Of a stretch of 64,000 nucleotides of DNA, positions 10,794 to 22,100 are shown piece by piece. How positions within the stretch are numbered: the first letter of the stretch is position 1; each line of letters opens with the position of its first letter. Under the pieces are notes generated by a model, which was not told the origin of the DNA, did not search any database, and saw only the letters and a program-made list of their open reading frames with translations. Position numbers and translations under genes: made by a program. This DNA comes from Opitutaceae bacterium (GTDB taxonomy: Bacteria > Verrucomicrobiota > Verrucomicrobiia > Opitutales > Coraliomargaritaceae): positions 320,001 through 384,000 of the forward strand of contig JBPOFY010000003.1 of NCBI GenBank assembly GCA_051252375.1. Direction: 5' to 3'.

Positions 10794-11861
10794 ATGAAAA
10801 AATCAGAATCAGAAAAGATAGAAGGAGCGGAGCATCGTCGTGTGACGCTGCGTGATATTGCTGCCGAAATGGGTATTTCTCACGTCACTGTTTCGAAGGC
10901 ATTGCGAAATCTGTCTGGCGTATCAGATGCCTTGAAAGTAAAGATTCAAGCCAAGGCGGATGCGATGGGCTATGTGCCGGATCCCTTACTGTCTTCCCTG
11001 TCTCGCTATCGAGCGACTAGCCACACGAAACCGATCCAATCCGTGATCGCGTGGATCAACCCGTGGGACGATCCTGACCGGCTACGTCAGCACCACAATG
11101 AATTTGATCTCTATTGGCAGGGTGCCAGTGACTGTGCGAGAAGGCTGGGGTATCAACTTGAGTCATTCAATACGACTGAAACTCCGCTTTCGAGGCTGCA
11201 GTCCATTTTCAAAGCCAGAAGTATTCAAGGCATTCTGATTCCCCCGCTTCTTGAAAGCACATTTGAACTGGGGCAAATCGATTGGTCAAATTTTGCGATT
11301 GTGCGTTTGGGGCAGGCTGTTGCTGGTCCGAAAATGCACTTCGTGGGCAGTGCTCAGCTTGCCAATGCTATGTTGGCCTTCGACCGTGCGCGTGCTCTGG
11401 GGTATCAACGAATCGGATTCGTGTGTGAATATTGGCCCAAACGTTTGTTTGGTGCCGGATATAGCTGGGCGCAACGAGTGCTTCCAGAGACAAGTCGGCT
11501 TCCTTTGCTCGCTCTCAATTCGGATGATTCTTTTGAGTGCCAACAGGCCGTGTTCGAAGTATGGCTGCAGGAAAACCAGCCCGATGCCATTATCACTGAT
11601 AATAGTGAAACGCGTGAGATGCTCGAGAATCTTAGCTACTCGATTCCTAGTGATGTGGGTCTTGCGACCACGAGTGTTCACGACACGACGATTGATACAG
11701 GTATCGATCAAAGCCCCTACGAAATCGGTCGGGCTGCAGTACGCATGCTAACCGCGTTGATTGCGGAAAAAAGTTTTGGTCCGCCGGAGCGGTGCAATGA
11801 AACGTTGATCGAAGGCAAGTGGATCGATGGGACAATGCTGCCTCGTTTGAGATCTGGGTGA
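10794..11861 (+). CDS. LacI-family transcriptional regulator
   Basis: N-terminal HTH VTLRDIAAEMGISHVTVSKAL followed by a periplasmic-binding-like domain. Divergent from the GH95 pair. Confidence 0.93.
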   Translation: MKKSESEKIEGAEHRRVTLRDIAAEMGISHVTVSKALRNLSGVSDALKVKIQAKADAMGYVPDPLLSSLSRYRATSHTKPIQSVIAWINPWDDPDRLRQHHNEFDLYWQGASDCARRLGYQLESFNTTETPLSRLQSIFKARSIQGILIPPLLESTFELGQIDWSNFAIVRLGQAVAGPKMHFVGSAQLANAMLAFDRARALGYQRIGFVCEYWPKRLFGAGYSWAQRVLPETSRLPLLALNSDDSFECQQAVFEVWLQENQPDAIITDNSETREMLENLSYSIPSDVGLATTSVHDTTIDTGIDQSPYEIGRAAVRMLTALIAEKSFGPPERCNETLIEGKWIDGTMLPRLRSG

Positions 11862-11927
11862 GTGCTTCGGACGGTAAGTCGAATAATTATTATTCACTTC
11901 TACGAGTGCGCGTGGTTTCATCGTGCT

Positions 11928-12686
11928 ATGAATAGATTAACTCGTGGGGTGATTGGTATAAGAGCATGGATGTTTGCCGGAGCTTTGTGCTTGGTCAGTT
12001 GCTTCGCTGGGGCCGACGAACTCGTATCCGGTCAGGTTTTAGATAATTTCGTGGAGACGAAGGCCTGGCATCTGGTGAACCATGTGTCATTGAATGGTGA
12101 GGATGCTAGCAAGTTTGAGAGTTCGGCTAACGCACGTGGCAAAATACTGCTCAACGCAGACACTCGAGTAAAAAGACTGCCGTATCTACTGACTAAAAAG
12201 AGTTTTGGCGATGTTGATTTGACCCTCGAGTTTATGATTCCTAAAGACTCGAATGCAGGCATCTACTTGATGGGGCGCTACGAGGTGCAGATTCTCGACA
12301 GCTATGGAAAGAAAGAGGTCAAGTTTAGTGACATCGGCGGCATCTATGAGGAATGGGCTAGGAAGGGTGTCGATATTGGAGATCGTCCTCTCTACGCGGG
12401 ATCGGCTCCGCTAGTAAATGCTGCCAAAGCTCCGGGTGAATGGCAGCGACTGGATATTCGTTTCCGTGCGCCACGCTTTGATCGTGATGGTACTAAGGTT
12501 GAAGACGCTCGATTTGTTTTTGTCTATCTAAACGGCGAGTTGGTGCAGAAAGACGTTTCCGTTCCGGCACCGACGGTGTCGAATCCTGTTTCGGGGGAGG
12601 CTGAAACTGGACCGATTGCAATTCAGGGAGATCATGGTCCCATCGCGATTCGCAGTTTTATGGCTAGGCCTACACCTTCGAAATAA
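11928..12686 (+). CDS. DUF1080 (3-keto-disaccharide hydrolase-like) exported protein
   Basis: FGDVDLTLEF..SNAGIYLMGRYEVQILDS, PGEWQ..DI.F.APRFD, GPIAIQGDHGPI. The ATG at 11928 gives a signal peptide. Confidence 0.88.
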   Translation: MNRLTRGVIGIRAWMFAGALCLVSCFAGADELVSGQVLDNFVETKAWHLVNHVSLNGEDASKFESSANARGKILLNADTRVKRLPYLLTKKSFGDVDLTLEFMIPKDSNAGIYLMGRYEVQILDSYGKKEVKFSDIGGIYEEWARKGVDIGDRPLYAGSAPLVNAAKAPGEWQRLDIRFRAPRFDRDGTKVEDARFVFVYLNGELVQKDVSVPAPTVSNPVSGEAETGPIAIQGDHGPIAIRSFMARPTPSK

Positions 12687-12968
12687 GGTTATCAGCAAGA
12701 CTCGACGGTCAAAGTATGTAGTCTACGCAGTGCTTTATTGATGCCGTCCAGGGTTTGGATTGGACGAGTCATGCGCTTGAATTGAGCGCAGCTTGCATTG
12801 CGCATCCAGATCGGTAGTGTGATGCGACTAATACCCTATAAGTAATTAACCCTATATAATTGCATGCTCCTGATGAATAGTTCACCTTAGGGTTTCTATT
12901 CTGATGTATGTAATGTTTAAATGTCCCCGATGCGTTTATTCACCCTGAATGTATCCTCCCTCCCCTAT

Positions 12969-15900
12969 ATGTCCCTATCTATAAAAACTGTCTCCGCAGT
13001 CTTACTCCTGCTTGCTGGGGCGGCACAAGCTGCCGTCATTACTTGGGGCACTCCCACCGACTATTCAGCACCGTCTGATGTGAGAGCCGATGGCGTGCTC
13101 GTGGAGGCGTTTAATTTGACCGGTATAGTGGGAGCGGCGAGCCCGACGGTGAATGGTGTGACTTTTGTTGCCAACTCGACGATCTTGCCCGACGACGCGA
13201 CGACGGATTTCCTCGACGGTGATACGGGGGATGCTGACTATAATCAGCTCCTCAACAGCCTCGACTATGGATCGACGACTAGCTTTCAGTTCGGCGGTGG
13301 CAATCTTGAGTCCGGAAAGGATTATATTATTCAGGCTTGGTATGTGGACGAACGCTCAAGTTCAGATGCCCGCGCGATGCAGTTTGGTGATGGCAATGGC
13401 AATCTGAGTGGAGAAGTGAATGATCAGTATGTAGTCGGCACTTTTACTGCAAACGGCAACAACCAGACAATTACGATCGCTGGCACTAGTAGCAGCCCGC
13501 ACTTCACTGCGTATCAAATTCGCGATCTGAGTAGTGCGATCGCTACGCTATCTACGAGCGCTGGCGAAACCGTAACCACGATTTTTTCGATCGACGTTGA
13601 TTTCTCTGAGAGTGTCACAGGTTTAGTCGCTGGTGACTTTACGGTGGTGAATTGCTCGATTTTAAGTGTCAGTGGTTCTGGCGCAAGTTGGTCGGCTACA
13701 GTGAGCCCCACTGGAAATGGTGATTTGCAGGTGACTTTGCCTGCGAATTCGGTTCTCGATGGCGATTCGCACGGGAACGTTGCTTCTAATACAATTCTTA
13801 CGACCTACGTAGCGCCAGGTTCTGAGCAACCGGTGCCGACTCTGAGTACAACGGCGACGGATGTCACAGGGGACTACACCGTAAACATCAATTTCAGTGA
13901 GCCAGTGACCGGTCTGGACCTCAGCGACTTTGCTCTTACGAGTGCAACGGTGTCCAATTTGTCAGGATCGGGTGCTAGTTATTCTGTAGTCGTGTCGCCC
14001 AACTTCGGAGGCGACGTTACGATTAACCTCCCCAAGAACTCCGTGACGGATACAGATGGAGATACTTTAAAGAACGTGGTTTCGAACCAGTTGACCAATG
14101 CCTATTTTATTACGGTCACGGTGAATACTCCGGATGCACTGCTTCCTTATCTGGATCAGGACAATATCACTGCGACGCTGACTGCGGGCACCTACACGAT
14201 TAATGCGGCGGATGTGAATAGCACATACGGCACCCCTCGCTTTGAATTCTGGGGAAGTAACAGCACCTACGATTTTACCGGTGTGACGCTCAACTTTGCG
14301 GCCGACATTTACGATTCCGGATTGAGTATGAGCCATATGCAAATCTTCGGGAATAATAATGTCCTAAAGAACCTGACCATGATCGACCTCTGCGATAAGT
14401 ATGGCACTGCGGGTAAGGACGGCGGCGTCAACCTCATCATCGACGGTGAATACAACCGAGTGGAAGGTTTCTACTTCGAGATTCGAGGTTCTTATCCCTA
14501 TGGCTACGGTGATAGTTTTGGCAAAGGAGGCACTTATACGATCAAGCACTGGAAGCACAGTGGAGTGTTGGTTCGGGGTAATTACAATCACCTGCTGAAC
14601 TGTACTTTGATGCAGGAGTCCTACGGGCACTGTATTTTCATGCAGGCGGCTAGTAATCCCACAATTGAAGGTTGTTATGTTGAAGCGGAGACAGTCACGA
14701 CCGATGATATTTTGGCGGAGACTTCGGGGCCGGCTTTCGATATCAACTTCTTAACCGTATGGGGCTTCACGCTCCCAGCAGGATATACGAAAAGCACCTC
14801 GGAGGCTGGCATCCGCGCCTATAACGCTGGTAATACTTACATTAACGGAGCATGGATTTCCCGGGGAACGAACGACCCGACTGTCCTTAACAATACACTC
14901 GTTAATACTCGGGTAGGGGTGACGTTGACCCACGCATCAGGCTTTAAGTATGTGGAAGGCTGCACAGCCATTGGCACAGAACGAGGCTATGCCATCGGTT
15001 CCGGTGTTATTAAAAACTGCTTCTCCGATGTGAAGCACGGGCCGGCATTCGGTGTCGATTATGAGTCCGACAGTGGCGTCATTGCAGACATCACGATTCT
15101 CCCGCACGATGGTGCCAACTACAATGGGAGTAAGCACGTTGCCTATATTATCGGCACGAATCACAATTTGACCTTCCGCAGCACAGTGCAAAACCCTGAG
15201 CAGGTGCTCGAAATTAACGTCGGAGGAGATAAGCGCATAATCAGCGAAAGTACCGTTACGGAGGACTTTCTCGCCAATGATAATGTCATTAACAATTTGA
15301 CCGGCTATCCCTTGGTTGTGGATGACAATACCACTGGTAACACGGGGCAGTCGATTGGCACGATAACAGATGCCGGCACTTTAAACAGTTTCACCACTCG
15401 CACTTGGAGTGTTCTTACAAATTTGGCTTTTGAGGGGACAGCGACGCAAAGTTCCGATGCTTACGATACCATCGCATCACTCGCTACAGACCAGAATACC
15501 AGCGGGGACTTTGCCAATGGCTCAGTCACGCATACGAATGTTGAAGCGCAACCATGGTGGAGGATTGATCTGGAGGGCACTTACGATATCTCCGAAATCA
15601 AAATCTGGAATCGCACTGGTTCGAATCAAGCTCGATTGAGTGATTTCGATGTGACGATACTCGATCAGAATGAGCAGCAAGTCTGGACGAACTATCAGGC
15701 GAATTACCCGGATCCATCTATTTCCTTATTACCAGATGCTCTTGGGCGTTATGTCGTCATTCAACTACGGGGAACAGATCCTCTTAGTTTGGCTGAAGTC
15801 GAGATATTTGGAACCGCTGCCGATGGCCCCACTGGCCTAACTGCTGACTCAAGCTCTAATCAGGTCGTTCTCGACTGGGGCGCTGTGGCCGGTGCTACGG

Positions 15901-16967
15901 GCTACACTGTAAAACGCGCCACAACCACAGGAGGCCCTTATACCACAATTGGCACTCCGACTGGCATCACCTTCACCGACAGCACTGCCTCTAGCGGTAC
16001 CTACTATTACTACGTAGTCACCGCCACGGTTAGCGGCAGTGAGACCGGGTCCAGCAATGAAGTGATTTCCATTATCGGCTCAGCCCCTGCGAAATTTGTC
16101 GTCGGTTCTGGTGATATCACCGCAAGCACCTTTCAAGCTGGCAATGTGCCCGACAACACCATCGATGGTAATCCGGGAACGCGCTGGTCTGCGCAGGGTG
16201 ATCCTCAATGGATACGCTACGATTTAGGTTCCGTGCAAAAAGTGCACTCTCTCCAGATCGCTTGGCACAATGGCGATACGCGTTGGTCGAGTTTCCATAT
16301 TGAAGTTTCCGATGACGAAACGAATTGGACTGCAATCACCGCAACCCAGCAAAGCTCTGGACTCACCACTGCATTGGAACCAGTCGATGTTCCAGATACG
16401 CTCGCTCGTTACGTTCAGATCGTCGGGCATGGCAATGAGAGCAACACTTGGAATAGCATCACCGAAGTGGAGATTTGGGGCACCACTCCGTTATCTAATG
16501 AAGTTTGGCGACAACAATATTTCGGTGACTACATCAATACTGGAGACGGAGCCGATATGGCGAACCCGGACTCCGATTCATTGGTCAACATGCTGGAGTT
16601 CGCCTTCGGCACCGATCCGATGGTCAGTGATGCGGGTGCAATGACAGTGGATGAAGTCGGCGGCACCTTCACCCCTGGCACGCCAATAGTCGATGTAGAG
16701 TTTGCTCCGTTTTCTGTAACGGCATGCTTCATACGTCGTGTTGATTATGCCAGCTCAGGTATTACCTATACGGCCCAGTTTAGCAATGAACTCAGCACAT
16801 GGGAGGACGTGGACGGTAGCACGGCGGCGAGGATATCAGGTGTCCCAGAATCTAATGACTATGAGGCTGTGGAATTAAGCTACCCAGTCTTCCTCTCCAA
16901 CGGTAGAAAAGCTCGTTTCTTCCGCGTGCAAATTAACGATACGGCCTCTGGCAATACGCAGCCCTAA
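12969..16967 (+). CDS. Secreted modular polysaccharide lyase: Ig-like repeats, FdlA/PL43-like beta-helix, F-type lectin (CBM47-like), FN3, CBM32 (F5/8C), C-terminal GTDP...FFRV domain
   Basis: Signal peptide from the ATG at 12969 and two FSExVTGL Ig repeats. The beta-helix carries GSYPYGYGDSFGKG..KHSG and EAGIRAY. F-lectin motif ATQSS..THT..PWWRIDL..IWNR; F5/8C motif IDGNPGTRWS..WIRYDLG. Confidence 0.8.
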   Translation: MSLSIKTVSAVLLLLAGAAQAAVITWGTPTDYSAPSDVRADGVLVEAFNLTGIVGAASPTVNGVTFVANSTILPDDATTDFLDGDTGDADYNQLLNSLDYGSTTSFQFGGGNLESGKDYIIQAWYVDERSSSDARAMQFGDGNGNLSGEVNDQYVVGTFTANGNNQTITIAGTSSSPHFTAYQIRDLSSAIATLSTSAGETVTTIFSIDVDFSESVTGLVAGDFTVVNCSILSVSGSGASWSATVSPTGNGDLQVTLPANSVLDGDSHGNVASNTILTTYVAPGSEQPVPTLSTTATDVTGDYTVNINFSEPVTGLDLSDFALTSATVSNLSGSGASYSVVVSPNFGGDVTINLPKNSVTDTDGDTLKNVVSNQLTNAYFITVTVNTPDALLPYLDQDNITATLTAGTYTINAADVNSTYGTPRFEFWGSNSTYDFTGVTLNFAADIYDSGLSMSHMQIFGNNNVLKNLTMIDLCDKYGTAGKDGGVNLIIDGEYNRVEGFYFEIRGSYPYGYGDSFGKGGTYTIKHWKHSGVLVRGNYNHLLNCTLMQESYGHCIFMQAASNPTIEGCYVEAETVTTDDILAETSGPAFDINFLTVWGFTLPAGYTKSTSEAGIRAYNAGNTYINGAWISRGTNDPTVLNNTLVNTRVGVTLTHASGFKYVEGCTAIGTERGYAIGSGVIKNCFSDVKHGPAFGVDYESDSGVIADITILPHDGANYNGSKHVAYIIGTNHNLTFRSTVQNPEQVLEINVGGDKRIISESTVTEDFLANDNVINNLTGYPLVVDDNTTGNTGQSIGTITDAGTLNSFTTRTWSVLTNLAFEGTATQSSDAYDTIASLATDQNTSGDFANGSVTHTNVEAQPWWRIDLEGTYDISEIKIWNRTGSNQARLSDFDVTILDQNEQQVWTNYQANYPDPSISLLPDALGRYVVIQLRGTDPLSLAEVEIFGTAADGPTGLTADSSSNQVVLDWGAVAGATGYTVKRATTTGGPYTTIGTPTGITFTDSTASSGTYYYYVVTATVSGSETGSSNEVISIIGSAPAKFVVGSGDITASTFQAGNVPDNTIDGNPGTRWSAQGDPQWIRYDLGSVQKVHSLQIAWHNGDTRWSSFHIEVSDDETNWTAITATQQSSGLTTALEPVDVPDTLARYVQIVGHGNESNTWNSITEVEIWGTTPLSNEVWRQQYFGDYINTGDGADMANPDSDSLVNMLEFAFGTDPMVSDAGAMTVDEVGGTFTPGTPIVDVEFAPFSVTACFIRRVDYASSGITYTAQFSNELSTWEDVDGSTAARISGVPESNDYEAVELSYPVFLSNGRKARFFRVQINDTASGNTQP

Positions 16968-17008
16968 TGGGAGAGCGATACACCTCCCACGCACTTCAGT
17001 TTTTTAAT

Positions 17009-17638
17009 ATGAAATTTCGACACTTCTTCCTTTTATTACTCTTTTGGTTCCTCAGTAGTGGTGCCGTCTCGGCGATCATCTTAAGCTTCGAAGCAGATGG
17101 TGGTATCGATATTCCGATTTCGAACGATGGTGTTTATTTGGACTTCACCGACTCATCTAACGCCTCTGCTTATGCGATCTCGACTTCGTTCACGAGTAAT
17201 TGGGACATCAACCCCTTCTACGGAGGCGCCGCTGTTGGCAGCAGTGACACCTTTCTGCCAGTGCTTGCCAGCACAGCTACCAACTCCGCTGTCTTAAATT
17301 TAACGCAAGGCACTCAAGTCGGTCCATCCAGCTCCTTCCCGGCAAGCTATAGTGGCTCTACAGGCCATATGGGCCCAGCTGCCTTGGAATTCGAAAGCGG
17401 AACTTCTGGCTATATCGGCTTTCTTCTCAATCCGGGTGTTGACGATTATTATGGTTGGATTCAGCTCACTTTAAATGACGACGGCACGACCGGCACTATC
17501 CATCAATGGGCATGGGAAACTTCAGGCGGTGCTATCACAGTAGGTGCTGTGCCAGAGCCAAGTAACGTAGCACTTCTGTTCGGCCTAGGTGTTTCATTCT
17601 TTATGCTCACACGTCGTCGAGCGATGGCGACTGTCTAA
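17009..17638 (+). CDS. PEP-CTERM surface protein
   Basis: Signal peptide; C-terminal VPEPS, then a TM helix and RRR. Internal YYGWIQL..WAWE motif. Confidence 0.92.
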   Translation: MKFRHFFLLLLFWFLSSGAVSAIILSFEADGGIDIPISNDGVYLDFTDSSNASAYAISTSFTSNWDINPFYGGAAVGSSDTFLPVLASTATNSAVLNLTQGTQVGPSSSFPASYSGSTGHMGPAALEFESGTSGYIGFLLNPGVDDYYGWIQLTLNDDGTTGTIHQWAWETSGGAITVGAVPEPSNVALLFGLGVSFFMLTRRRAMATV

Positions 17639-17649
17639 CTTTTACTACT

Positions 17650-18531
17650 GTGGCAAAAGAGAAGATCGAATCTTACTATTTTATCTTTGGTCAATCTTTC
17701 CCTCGTGGCGAGTTGATTAAGTTAGGTGTTATAGGGCTGCTCATTCTCTTTGCTTTAGCGAGCGGCGGCTATTTTATTTATAAGGACTGGAAGGAAGGCC
17801 AAGTTAACAAAATTGAGCAGGTTGAGTCCGCAATCGAACTCGAGGCAAAAGAGGCTCAGTCTCTGTCGCCTTTGGGGCTCTTTTATAAGCGCTACCTTGA
17901 GCAATCACAAATGAGCGAAGTGCAGAGTATTCGTGCCGTGGGTCGTTACCAGTCGGGTGAACATGTAATGGACTTAGTGTTTCTTGCGAAGCGCCCATCA
18001 CTCTATAAACAGCGTATTAGTTATCAGCGTCATGTTATAGAAGTGGGTTCCAATGGGGAGGATGTGTGGCTTCGCCAGACAGAACCTCCTTTGTTAGACG
18101 TCAGCAGCGAGAGCTTGCAGCATTTTAACGAATCACTCGCATTGCTCGAGAGCACGATACCCTGTATCGCATGGCTATTTGAAGATGGAGTAGCGGGCGA
18201 GGTCTTGGAGCTCAGGCCAGATGCCGACTGGAATGGACGCCCATGCTCGGTAATTAAAAACAACGGTTTGATTCCTGGCACAGCTGTCTATCATTACTTT
18301 GATAAAGAGACGGGGTTCGAGCACTATCGTCGGGCTGCGATTCGAGTCGATGAGCGTCGCTTTAGAGATGCGGAACTCTTTTTTTCTGAACCACTGGAAG
18401 ATGCCTACGGCTTACCTTCCAAAGTCGAGTTGCTCGTCGATGGTCGAGTATTCTACAAAATATCCTTCGAAAAGATTCTAGTGAACCAAGGCTTGCCCGG
18501 CTTTCTTTTTGAAAAAGGAGAAGAGTTTTAA
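17650..18531 (+). CDS. Membrane-anchored hypothetical protein, possibly LolA-like fold
   Basis: One N-terminal TM helix, then KRPSLYKQ..GSNGEDVW, YFDKETG and a terminal VNQGLPGFLF. These resemble lipoprotein-sorting (LolA-like) proteins. Confidence 0.55.
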   Translation: MAKEKIESYYFIFGQSFPRGELIKLGVIGLLILFALASGGYFIYKDWKEGQVNKIEQVESAIELEAKEAQSLSPLGLFYKRYLEQSQMSEVQSIRAVGRYQSGEHVMDLVFLAKRPSLYKQRISYQRHVIEVGSNGEDVWLRQTEPPLLDVSSESLQHFNESLALLESTIPCIAWLFEDGVAGEVLELRPDADWNGRPCSVIKNNGLIPGTAVYHYFDKETGFEHYRRAAIRVDERRFRDAELFFSEPLEDAYGLPSKVELLVDGRVFYKISFEKILVNQGLPGFLFEKGEEF

Positions 18532-18584
18532 CTTCCGTTCGAAATGTGATTTATTCAGTAAGCCAAATAGGCATATCTTGTTCG

Positions 18585-18836
18585 TCGAGGCATAGGGCTC
18601 CGGCGCGGTGAAGTAAGGGTGGGGATCCTGGTAGTTCAGGGGCAGGAAGAAGGGCTCTCCGGTAGCGTGGCGGCGATCGATGTAGTCCAAACCGGCGGTG
18701 GTGAAGCGCTCAGTTACATTCCAAGGGCTATCGTCCGCGAGGGTGCCAGAACTCCAGCTGCGCACATAAGTCCGGATGTCGTCCATATTACCGAGGCAGT
18801 AGTCTTCGCCTTCGTCGTAGTGCAGGCCGATGGCGC
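18585..18836 (-). pseudogene. Internal fragment of a sulfatase gene, near-identical in protein sequence to 25331..25581
   Basis: Translates AIGLHYDEGEDYCLGNMDD(IRT)YVRSWSSGTLADDSPWNVTERF...YQDPHPYFTAPEPYAS. Lacks both ends of the gene and carries a compensating -1/+1 indel pair. Confidence 0.9.
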
Positions 18837-19138
18837 CATCGCGAAGCCGACACCATTGAAGTAATTTGTGATCAAGGATCGCTGTTAGGTCGCATCTTCG
18901 CGGAAGATACTCTGACCTTGAAAGTGATACGGGCTTTTCAAATCAGGAATAATTGTAAGCGGCATAGATGCTTGAAACTGGCAGCTTTAACAGTTGCCCT
19001 GTGATTAGTGATGCTGATTGCGATTATTAGTGCGGCTTTATGCTGCAGTAGATGTTACATTTATGGCAATTCTGTGAAACTAATTATATAATCTATCGAT
19101 AGCTGGACTGAATGGCATTACCTGTAACTACTCACATC

Positions 19139-22100
19139 ATGAACCCTACATCGAATTTGAAATCGGTGGCGGTGGTTCTTCTTTCAATACTTTGGACAAT
19201 GGTCTGCTCCGCGGATGTTCTCATCAGCGAGTTTATGGCAAAAAACGATGCCACTTTGCTTGACGGCGATGGCAACTATTCGGATTGGATCGAACTTTAT
19301 AATACTGGTAGCACCACCGTTGATTTGACGGGGTGGTATCTCAGTGATGATGCGACCGACCTGACCCAGTGGGCATTTCCTTCAAAGAGTATTGCGGCGG
19401 GTGAGTATCTGGTAGTCTTTGCCTCCGGGCAGGCTACGGCGGGCTACACTGATAGCTTGGGATACTTGCATACTAATTTCAAACTAAGCGGAAGCGGCGA
19501 GAGCGTCGTCCTTACACAGTCCAATGGCACAACCGTTGAGCATTCGTTTATAGATTATCCTGAACAAGATGATGACGTATCCTACGGGTTGGCACAGGAT
19601 TCGTCTTACACATCGCTGATTGTGGAAGAGCAGAGTGCGACTGCAATTGCAGGAACATCAGAGCCATCTGCGAGTTGGAACACGGTAAGCTTTGACGATT
19701 CATCATGGCAGTCCGGTGATACCGGAGTTGGTTATGTAGAATTTGGGCCACAAGGCGGGAGTTCCCCCTATAGTTCGATGATCAATTTGGATCTGGGGAG
19801 CACGATGTTTGTCGATACTCGCCCGCCCACTAGCTACGATTCGGCATATATTCGCGTCGATTTCACGGTGGGCGATCCCTCTCTCATTTCACAATTGGTG
19901 CTGCGCATGAAGTATGACGATGGCTTTGTTGCCTACATTAACGGCGTCCAGGTCGCTTCGGCCAATGCCCCCGCATCGCTTAGCTATACCGCATCAGCGA
20001 CTGCTGAACACGACGGCAGCAGCTACGAGGACTTTACCATTCTCAATGCGAGTTCGTATCTTCAAAGCGGCAGCAATGTGCTCGCCATCCATGGTCTGGA
20101 TTATCCAGTTACCGCAGGCCCTGGTGTTGTGTTCGATTTCTTCATTATGCCCGAATTGACGGGTATCACGGTGGGCGATGTTCAGCCCAACGCCGCAATG
20201 TATTTCGAGACACCCACCCCTGATGCCGCTAATGTATTCGGCATATTGGGTTATGTCGGCGATACCACTTTCACTGTTGATCGTGGTTTTTTCTCTGCAG
20301 CCTTCGATGTCGAAATCGCGTGCGACACGGTAGGATCCGACATCTACTATACAGTCGATGGCACCACGCCAGCTACGGATAATGGCACACTCTACACTGG
20401 AGCGATCACTGTCAGTCAAACCACCGTGCTCCGAGCGGCTGCATTTGTGACAGGCTATCAGCCTAGCGATGTCGATACGCAGACCTACATCTTTCTAGAT
20501 GATGTCATCGCACAGGGAACTAGCGTAGGTTCATTGGCTCCAGAATTCCCTGCAAGTGCTGTCAATGGACAGGACTTCGATTATGGGATGGATACCAACG
20601 TCACTCAGAGCGCGACGTATTCGAGTCAAATTGAGGCGGCCATGACGGCGATTCCTTCACTCTCGATTGTGACTGACCCAGACAATCTGTTTGATGCCTC
20701 AACCGGCATCTATGTGAACGCAAGCGAATCAGGTGAGGCTTGGGAGCGAGAAATGTCTGTGGAGCTAATCAACCCAGACGGTAGCGATGGATTTCAGATC
20801 AACGGTGGCATGCGTATTCGTGGTGCCTCGAGCACTACATCGTCCAATCCTAAGCACTCTTTTCGTTTTATGTTTAAATCGGAATATGGCACCACAAAGT
20901 TGAACTACCCATTGTTTGGCGATGAAGGAGCCGACAGCTACAAACGCATGGACTTGCGCACTGGCCAGAATTTCTCTTGGGCGAATCAGACACCACAATA
21001 TGCTACGTGGCTCTACGACATTTTCACTCGTGATAGCCATCGCGACATGAACCAGCCCTATACTCGGGGCGAATACTATCACCTTTATATCAACGGTATG
21101 TATTGGGGGCTTTATCAAACCGAAGAACGTTGTGACTCCCGTTATGCAGCATCCTACTATGGGGGTGACAATGATGACTACGACGCCGTCAAAGCCGATG
21201 CCGATAGCGGTGATATGTATGCGTTGGATGGCACCCGCGACGCCTACGAGGACCTGTGGACAAGTATCACCGCTGGGGTCACTGGGAATGCTAACTACTT
21301 CGCCCTCCAAGGAATGAATTTCGATGGCACGGAAAACAGTAGCGGCACTAAGTTATTGGATGTGGATAACGTGATCGACTACATGCTACTGATCTATTTC
21401 ACCGGCAACCGCGACTCACCTATTGGTCCACCGCACCAGGGAACAATGCCGCGAAATTTGACGACGATCTATAACCGGGCGAATCCTGATGGATTTAAAT
21501 ACGTGGCACACGATAACGAACACTCGCTAGAAGTCAGTCAGGGAGTGAACCATAACCGTTTCAACACATCGCTCGCCAGTTCGTTTGATGGAATCGACCG
21601 TATGACGCCGTGGTGGATGAATTTGGAATTGATGGCAAATGACGAGTATGCACTGCGCTTTGCGGACCATGTTCATGAACATTTTTTCAATAATGGCGAA
21701 CTGACGACCGCACGAACCACCGCACGTATGGAAGCGCGCCGCGATGAAATCTATGCGGCCGTGGTAGCTGAGTCTGCTCGTTGGGGGGATAGTGCAGGCA
21801 CGCTTCGCACTCGGGATGGCGACTGGGAGAGCACGGTCGACTGGCTACTTGATACTTACATGGCACAACGAAGCGCGATCGTTTTGGCACAAATTCAATC
21901 CAAAGGTTGGTATCCTTCAGTCGCCGCACCAGAGTTCAATCAGCACGGTGGTAGCATCGCTTCGGGGTTCTCGCTTTCGATCTCCGGTAGTGGCACGGTC
22001 TACTACACGACTGATGGCTCCGATCCGCGTGAAGTCGGGGGCAATGCAGTGGGGACGACCTATAGCTCTGCCATCACGCTAGATGAATCCACACAGATCA

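Noticed and set aside
18478..18786. 102-aa ORF as a functional small gene
   Set aside because: It is the sulfatase remnant reading into unrelated sequence and overlapping the convergent gene.
18585..18836. Sulfatase repeat as a DGR template/variable repeat pair
   Set aside because: Differences are not adenine-specific; they fall mostly at synonymous third positions.
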